A stretch of DNA of 10,040 nt from the UHGV virus genome UHGV-0351092; one strand, given 5' to 3'. Under the pieces are notes generated by a model, which was given only the letters and a program-made list of their open reading frames with translations, had not been told where the DNA came from and did not search any database. The position numbers and the translations under genes were made by a program. Source of the stretch: a virus. Below are positions 5,670-10,040 of the stretch, one piece after another (within the stretch, counting starts at the first letter, position 1; every line of letters starts with the position of its first letter).

Positions 5670-7080
5670 ACAGTGGGCGCACATCATCACCGTCAATAGC
5701 GATTACGCCGTCACCTTCCAGCTTGTACAGCCAGCGCCGGAAGTTTTTCATCTCATACCCCAGCTTTTTCATGTCATCGCGCAACAACGGAATAGTGCAT
5801 TTATCTCCGCGTTGCGTGCGTGAACGGATACAGCCCCATAGTGCGGCGTGATTCTCCGTCTTGTTCCCGGCTTCCTCGATGCGATCCAGTTCAACTGGCG
5901 GACGGGGCTTATCCTCCAGCACCAACGACGTGATTAACTCCCCGCCTTCATCCTTGAAAAGCTCAACCTCGCGCAAATCGCAAGCCATTTCTTTCAATTC
6001 CTCCGCATCCTTCATCTTGGTACATGCGATAACCAGGGCTTCACTGCCTGCACCTTCACGGCGTATCCGGTACTCTGCATCCAGTGCTGCACGAAACGCA
6101 CTGGAACCGCGCGCACCCTTTGTTTCGTCCTTGCCGGAATGGTGAATTACCAGCACTGTAGCGCCTGTACGCCGTTTCAGTTCGTCACATCCATGGACAA
6201 ATGCCCCCATATCCCGCGCATCATTTTCATCGCTGCCACCAAAGCAACGCGCCAGAGTATCCAGAATAATCATGCGTACAGGTTTACCCGTTTCCTGCTC
6301 AACCTGTCGGGCAGCAATAACCATTTCATCAACATCACTCGGTGCGGCCGGAAAAATTGGACGATTTACCAGGTACAGATTTTTCACCTGCTCACTGTTC
6401 ACCAGTTCCCATGCCTTGATACGACGAGGAACACCGATCCCGCCCTCACCAACGACATACATAACCGCACCATGTACAACCCGGCGACCTCCCCACGGGA
6501 TACCGGTAGCAACATGACATGCCCACGAACACGCAAGGAACGACTTATAAGAACCGCTCGCACCGTATGTGCTACATAGCGAATTAGCCGGAATCACGCC
6601 CTTAACTACATAGCTAAGCTGTGAATCATATCCTTCCGATCCAATGCTCATTGGTAGTGTGGTTTTTCGCTGGCTGTATTGCTCGTCAGTAAGCATTTCT
6701 TCGTGCTCTGCCTGTTCGCGGATTCGTTGCAGGTAATCGCGCCAGTTCTCCGGCTCCCGGTCGGTGATGCCTTTGTATAATTTCGCCTCCTGTACGCCAG
6801 CCAGCGCCAGTTTTTCAGCGATAGCATTGATCTGGATTGGTTCGATCTCCCCCGCGAGATAGACACGCGCAAAGCGGCGTTCATCGTCGACAATGCGGAT
6901 ATTCACCAGGTCTGCCAGTTGCTTTGGCCCCAGGTAAACAGGTGGTACGTTATCGCCGTGTTTTCGTCCTTCGCTTTCAATCCAGTGTTGAGCATGGGAG
7001 TAAGCGTCCGTCCCGGCAAAAATGATTACCTCGGTGAATTTATCCTTCGGCTGATATTTTAAATTCGGTGCGTTTTTCAC
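5668..7080 (-). CDS. replication protein: RepA/DnaB-like (RecA-fold, AAA_25-type) helicase with an N-terminal domain of unknown function
   Basis: ORF-track 470 aa. GTG start at 7080-7078 preceded by GGGAGGT with a 5-nt spacer. P-loop-like YGASGSYKSF, Walker B-like RMIILDTL, and VLVIHHSGKD typical of RepA-type helicases. Start overlaps the upstream stop as GTGA; iterons lie immediately downstream. Confidence 0.8.
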   Translation of the reverse strand: MKNAPNLKYQPKDKFTEVIIFAGTDAYSHAQHWIESEGRKHGDNVPPVYLGPKQLADLVNIRIVDDERRFARVYLAGEIEPIQINAIAEKLALAGVQEAKLYKGITDREPENWRDYLQRIREQAEHEEMLTDEQYSQRKTTLPMSIGSEGYDSQLSYVVKGVIPANSLCSTYGASGSYKSFLACSWACHVATGIPWGGRRVVHGAVMYVVGEGGIGVPRRIKAWELVNSEQVKNLYLVNRPIFPAAPSDVDEMVIAARQVEQETGKPVRMIILDTLARCFGGSDENDARDMGAFVHGCDELKRRTGATVLVIHHSGKDETKGARGSSAFRAALDAEYRIRREGAGSEALVIACTKMKDAEELKEMACDLREVELFKDEGGELITSLVLEDKPRPPVELDRIEEAGNKTENHAALWGCIRSRTQRGDKCTIPLLRDDMKKLGYEMKNFRRWLYKLEGDGVIAIDGDDVRPL

Positions 7081-7367
7081 TTCTTACCTCCCGCAACCAA
7101 CATTGCCCGGATTTTTTTAATATTCGTGGCTGCACGTCTTGCCACTGCCTGTTGTTTGTTTTCAACCAGAATAAAATCACGCTCAAACTGACGGCGCGGC
7201 ATTACGCAGTCATATTCGTAAGCCTCACGGCGGTAGGTGATATTGCCTGGCGTAACGTGACGAATAACCACTCGTCCCCCACGTCTGGTGTCGCGGTAAA
7301 TATCGCCGTGTCTGATTTCAGGCCGAGCGGGGCCGCTGGCAGTAAAGCCAGAATTTTTCTTTTTCAT
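7077..7367 (-). CDS. small basic hypothetical protein (96 aa)
   Basis: ORF track; ATG at 7367 preceded by AGGAAA; stop overlaps the helicase GTG start (GTGA). Lys/Arg-rich termini. No family recognised. Confidence 0.6.
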   Translation of the reverse strand: MKKKNSGFTASGPARPEIRHGDIYRDTRRGGRVVIRHVTPGNITYRREAYEYDCVMPRRQFERDFILVENKQQAVARRAATNIKKIRAMLVAGGKK

Positions 7368-7371
7368 GGTT

Positions 7372-7572
7372 TTATTTTCCTGTCAGCAGTTCCGATTTTA
7401 TTTCCGCACGAATACAAAGTTCAGAAAAAAATTCAGGAGAACCAACAATCTCATTACTTTTCAGTCGGCATTGTGATTTCACTTTCCCTTTATCCAGGTA
7501 AACCAGTACGCGTCCGGTGAAATCATCTGGCACACTCAGGGTAATTGTCATTGTTGCTTGCTGATTATCCAT
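7372..7572 (-). CDS. small hypothetical protein (66 aa) carrying one copy of a ~37-aa FTG...G.V.S..R module
   Basis: ORF track; ATG at 7572 preceded by GGGGGTGA; 8-nt overlap with the upstream gene (ATGGATAA). Shares the motif DDFTGRVLVYLDKGKVKSQCRL...GSPEFFSEL with both halves of the adjacent 121-aa protein. Confidence 0.6.
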   Translation of the reverse strand: MDNQQATMTITLSVPDDFTGRVLVYLDKGKVKSQCRLKSNEIVGSPEFFSELCIRAEIKSELLTGK

Positions 7573-7930
7573 GATTCACCCCCTGAATAACCTGATAACC
7601 GCAACTGGTCAGCAATTCGATAAATTCCGGCAGTGTTCCGAAACAGCAATTATCACGCATACGTTCGCGGGATACCTCAACGCCGTTTTCGTAGTGACTC
7701 ACCATGCGTCCGGTAAAATGCAGATCATCATCGTGATGGCACGTTGACGGCTTAATCAGTCGCGCACGTTCTGCCAGCTCCAGCAATGCTTCAACACTTC
7801 CGGCAATTGCACCATCCGGCAGGCGATAATTACTTACCACGCGTCCATTCTCCACATTGACCAGTAGCTGCCCGGTAAATTTCTCATCAAACTGAATGCT
7901 GTTAAGGTCAGAAATTGACAGGTTATGCAT
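7565..7930 (-). CDS. hypothetical protein (121 aa) built from two tandem copies of the same ~37-aa module
   Basis: ORF track; ATG at 7930 preceded by AGGAGGTG with a 5-nt spacer; 8-nt overlap with the upstream gene (ATGCATAA). Internal repeats EKFTGQLLVNVENGRVVSNYRL...GSVEALLEL and LHFTGRMVSHYENGVEVSRERM...GTLPEFIEL. Confidence 0.65.
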   Translation of the reverse strand: MHNLSISDLNSIQFDEKFTGQLLVNVENGRVVSNYRLPDGAIAGSVEALLELAERARLIKPSTCHHDDDLHFTGRMVSHYENGVEVSRERMRDNCCFGTLPEFIELLTSCGYQVIQGVNHG

Positions 7931-8288
7931 GGTGCACCTCCTGGCGAATACGGGCGGCGAATACCATCACGCAGCCATCAGGAGATTGCTGGCGTGCTTC
8001 CTGTTCGCTGGTGGCCTCGATGTGAATCACGCGCGGTTGTGCCGTACTCAGGGCGATAAAACGCCAGATAAAATTGTTTTCGCATTTCTGAATAAACAGC
8101 GTGTTTTCTTCGCGCCCTTTCCATGTTGCCGAGATATAGCCCATGCCATTGAGCATCTCGCAGGCATCAACCAGCGTATCAGCGGCTACGTGTACAGTGT
8201 TTTTACCGTCAGCTATGCAATCACGGTGCACCGCCAGGAAGGTGTATATAAATTTAGGGTGAGTTTGGGTATGCTGTGTTCCAGCCAT
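7923..8288 (-). CDS. hypothetical protein (121 aa); first gene of the minus-strand operon downstream of the divergent control region
   Basis: ATG at 8288-8286 preceded by GAGGT with a 7-nt spacer. Translation MAGTQHTQTHPKFIYTFLAVHRDCIADGKNTVHVAADTLVDACEMLNGMGYISATWKGREENTLFIQ... Corresponds to the C-terminal 121 aa of the 501-aa ORF-track entry, whose upstream part is antisense to the plus-strand RHH gene. No family recognised. Confidence 0.6.
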   Translation of the reverse strand: MAGTQHTQTHPKFIYTFLAVHRDCIADGKNTVHVAADTLVDACEMLNGMGYISATWKGREENTLFIQKCENNFIWRFIALSTAQPRVIHIEATSEQEARQQSPDGCVMVFAARIRQEVHHA

Positions 8289-8487
8289 AATCGTTACCTC
8301 ATTTAACGGTTTGGTTAGAAGCCCCGTTACTGCTCCAACAGTGCGGGGCTTCGTCGTTTCAATTGCTGAATTGCATGTATCAGCCCTTGTGGTATTCAGA
8401 TTACATTTTGGTGAATACCATTTCAAGTCTTTTTTGGTATTCACTTTTGTATTACACTGCATCCCGTTATTAATCGGAGGTGCAAAC
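8289..8487. promoter_or_regulatory. divergent control region with operator-like inverted repeats and a GC-rich stem-loop
   Basis: TGGTATTCA (8390-8398) and its exact reverse complement TGAATACCA (8412-8420) are separated by 13 bp; a third TGGTATTCA lies at 8436-8444. Stem-loop GAAGCCCCG (8318-8326) / CGGGGCTTC (8344-8352). Sits between the minus gene start at 8288 and the plus gene start at 8488. Promoter hexamers could not be placed reliably by eye. Confidence 0.5.
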
Positions 8488-8793
8488 ATGTCCACGAGTT
8501 CTGTTAACAATAAGTCACAGCAACTGAATGCCAGATTTCCACATGAAGTAGTGAGTGGCATTGAGGCATCCCTACAGCCAGGGGAAACTAAAGCGAATTT
8601 TATAGTTACGGCTGTACGCGGTGAGATCGCCCGCCGCCAGGCAGAAGGAAGCGGAGAAAATCCCCTGGTTTCTTCGCTCGATGCGCTGGCGCAGGTGGAA
8701 AAAATCGGAGTCAAAGCTGCCGAGGAGATCGGGCAGCTCGTCACCGTCGCACGTGAAGAACTCCAGCGCCGCAAGGCCAAAGAATCAGAATAA
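8488..8793 (+). CDS. Arc/Mnt-like ribbon-helix-helix DNA-binding protein (putative repressor), 101 aa
   Basis: ATG at 8488 preceded by GGAGGT (8476-8481) with a 6-nt spacer; TAATAA double stop at 8791-8796. N-terminus KSQQLNARFPHEVVSGIEASLQPGETKANFIVTAVRGEIARRQ aligns with the P22 Arc pattern (QFNLRWPREV...GRSVNSEIYQRV, recalled from memory). The ORF-track 8311..8793 entry is an in-frame upstream extension with no SD. Confidence 0.7.
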   Translation: MSTSSVNNKSQQLNARFPHEVVSGIEASLQPGETKANFIVTAVRGEIARRQAEGSGENPLVSSLDALAQVEKIGVKAAEEIGQLVTVAREELQRRKAKESE

Positions 8794-8850
8794 TAACTAT
8801 CATCGCCGTGGTGTGAGGAACTCCGGCGCATTGCTTTACAGGTACACAGA

Positions 8851-9030
8851 ATGACCAACAAAGAATCAACCAAAACACCATCACCAACTCGTAAGAGACG
8901 ACGCAAAAATATAGCGCATGAACATGAATCAGAAAGATTCGCACCTTGTTCGTTTGCTCTTGAGAAATTCCTTAAAGAGCACAGGAAAAAGCTCTCGTTG
9001 CAAACCTTGGAACGAACCAAATCTGACTGA
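8851..9030 (+). CDS. possible small basic protein (59 aa), weakly supported
   Basis: ATG at 8851 with only a weak AGGT 4 nt upstream; translation MTNKESTKTPSPTRKRRRKNIAHEHESERFAPCSFALEKFLKEHRKKLSLQTLERTKSD; TGA at 9028-9030. Below the ORF-track cutoff. Confidence 0.3.
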   Translation: MTNKESTKTPSPTRKRRRKNIAHEHESERFAPCSFALEKFLKEHRKKLSLQTLERTKSD

Positions 9031-9033
9031 TCA

Positions 9034-9428
9034 CATTGCCCACCAGCCGCAAATGTGGCATTGTTGGTGATGCGTTCAAGTATGTAGCTTTTCCACTGGC
9101 GGCTCTCTACGGTCGCCTTTGTTTTATCCAGAACGAAATCAGACATCAGATTGATCAGCACCTGGCGACCTGACAAAATCGCATCAGTCGCGCCACCAGC
9201 AAAATTTTTTGCTTTCCGGACGGCGTGACCAACGGCATTTTGCAGCAAAATATTCTGCATTTCTGGCGTGCTGTAGTAACGGTGATCAGCGCCTTCACTC
9301 TGTGCGACCACAACGCTATAATCTGCCTCGTAGACAGTAAGCAATATGGCGCAGTAGGCTATTCGTTCACAAAGGCGCTCCGGCAACGGGGCGCTTTCTC
9401 TTTTTGTAACGGTCAGAGCGTTACACAT
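9034..9428 (-). CDS. candidate gene with a strong start but no in-frame stop (3' boundary approximate); possibly frameshifted or disrupted
   Basis: ATG at 9428-9426 preceded by GGAGGA with an 8-nt spacer; overlaps the antirepressor stop as ATGTGTAA. First ~130 aa look protein-like (...AKNFAGGATDAILSGRQVLINLMSDFVLDKTKATVESRQWKSYILERITNNATFAAGG). Beyond ~9040 the frame stays open to 7923 with Ser/Cys/Arg-rich antisense-type composition. A TGA exists at 9031-9033 but in another frame. Confidence 0.3.
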
Positions 9429-10040
9429 GGCTGTTTTCCTCCATGCGACGGGCTAACCAACGCTGCGAAAGACGAATTAATTCAGCCTTCCGCTGGTGGT
9501 AGTCCTGGCCTAACTCAATCAGCGTGATATTGCTCTGCTCAAGGTAAGAAAGGTGCTCAAGCTGCAACGTGCTCATGTGGTCGCGTGGTTCGCCTGTAAT
9601 GCCGTTCGCCAGTGCCCACTGTTTTGCAGTCATGCCACCCAGCACGATACGCGCCAGCATGTTCGCTTCCGTGGTGTAGTGGTGCTGGAGTGTGTTTTTA
9701 CCCAGTTCAGCCCGGTACGCCTCCAGCGCGGCACACATTGGCTTAAAGTAGCTGGCAACTGTGATACGGGCTTTCAGTTCCCGGCGTAACGCTGCGGAAC
9801 GAACAGGCGCAACCTTGTGTAGCTCCTCCTCGCATTTGATAAAGTACTGGCGAACGGCGCGGCCCTGTTCGGTACGTTCGACCATCGCCAGTTCTTTCGC
9901 CATGTTCACTGTGATGATGTACTCAAGAGCGGTTTGCTGGCGAGATTTTGCGCTCACCGGATCGGGTCGGCTCAAATATTCAACAACCTCATAATCCACG
10001 CCTTCCGTGAACCCGTATTCTTCAATGCGCCCCTTGATCC
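9421..10040 (-). CDS. phage antirepressor-like protein (AntA-type domain), N-terminus beyond the window
   Basis: Frame is open from the window end (10040) to TAA at 9421-9423; the ORF-track start at 9999 is an internal GTG. Segment EGVDYEVVEYLSRPDPVSAKSRQQTALEYIITVNMAKELAMVERTEQGRAVRQYFIKCEEEL matches the AntA-type signature MAKELAMV.R...GR..R.YFI..E. Confidence 0.7.
   Translation of the reverse strand, partial: IKGRIEEYGFTEGVDYEVVEYLSRPDPVSAKSRQQTALEYIITVNMAKELAMVERTEQGRAVRQYFIKCEEELHKVAPVRSAALRRELKARITVASYFKPMCAALEAYRAELGKNTLQHHYTTEANMLARIVLGGMTAKQWALANGITGEPRDHMSTLQLEHLSYLEQSNITLIELGQDYHQRKAELIRLSQRWLARRMEENSHV

Noticed and set aside
5861-7520. ORF-track entries 5861..6145 (+), 6139..6579 (+), 6272..6517 (+), 6648..6893 (-), 6837..7025 (+) and 7068..7520 (+)
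   Set aside because: All lie within or antisense to the helicase and 96-aa genes; Ser/Thr/Arg-rich shadow translations without motifs.
8311-8793. The 160-aa plus-strand ORF including the N-terminal extension before the 8488 ATG
   Set aside because: The extension covers the operator repeats, has no SD and is hydrophobic junk; the ATG at 8488 has GGAGGT at the ideal distance and the RHH motif begins right after it.
7923-9428. The 501-aa ORF-track entry treated as a single protein
   Set aside because: Its middle ~250 residues are antisense to the SD-supported Arc-like gene and the control region, with Ser/Cys/Arg-rich composition. The C-terminal 121 aa has its own ATG and SD at 8288. I split it into a real 7923..8288 gene plus an unresolved upstream candidate.
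7896-9994. ORF-track entries 7896..8306 (+), 8621..8854 (+), 8741..8944 (-), 9225..9527 (+), 9553..9789 (+) and 9761..9994 (+)
   Set aside because: They overlap better-supported genes in other frames or on the opposite strand, lack SD sequences and have low-complexity translations.

Overview
The window reads as part of a phage-derived mobile element (a prophage or a phage-satellite/PICI-like island), encoded almost entirely on the minus strand. From right to left it contains: a partial AntA-type antirepressor gene running off the right edge; a candidate gene with no in-frame stop; a plus-strand Arc/Mnt-like ribbon-helix-helix gene with an operator-like control region; a translationally coupled operon of small proteins ending in a RepA/DnaB-like helicase; an iteron-rich, AT-rich putative origin directly 3' of that helicase; a coupled FinO/ProQ-like and PerC-like gene pair; two opposed terminator hairpins; a four-gene operon ending in a Nu1/TerS-like HTH protein; a ~280-bp TTGACAC repeat array; and a lower-GC gene for a DUF262 protein running off the left edge. 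I found no rRNA, tRNA, CRISPR array, transposase or integrase. All family assignments come from reading motifs in the translations by eye; no database search was run. The supplied ORF track accepts GTG as a start (e.g. 3970, 7080, 9999) and lists only ORFs with an in-window stop, so it omits the DUF262 gene and several sub-60-aa candidates.
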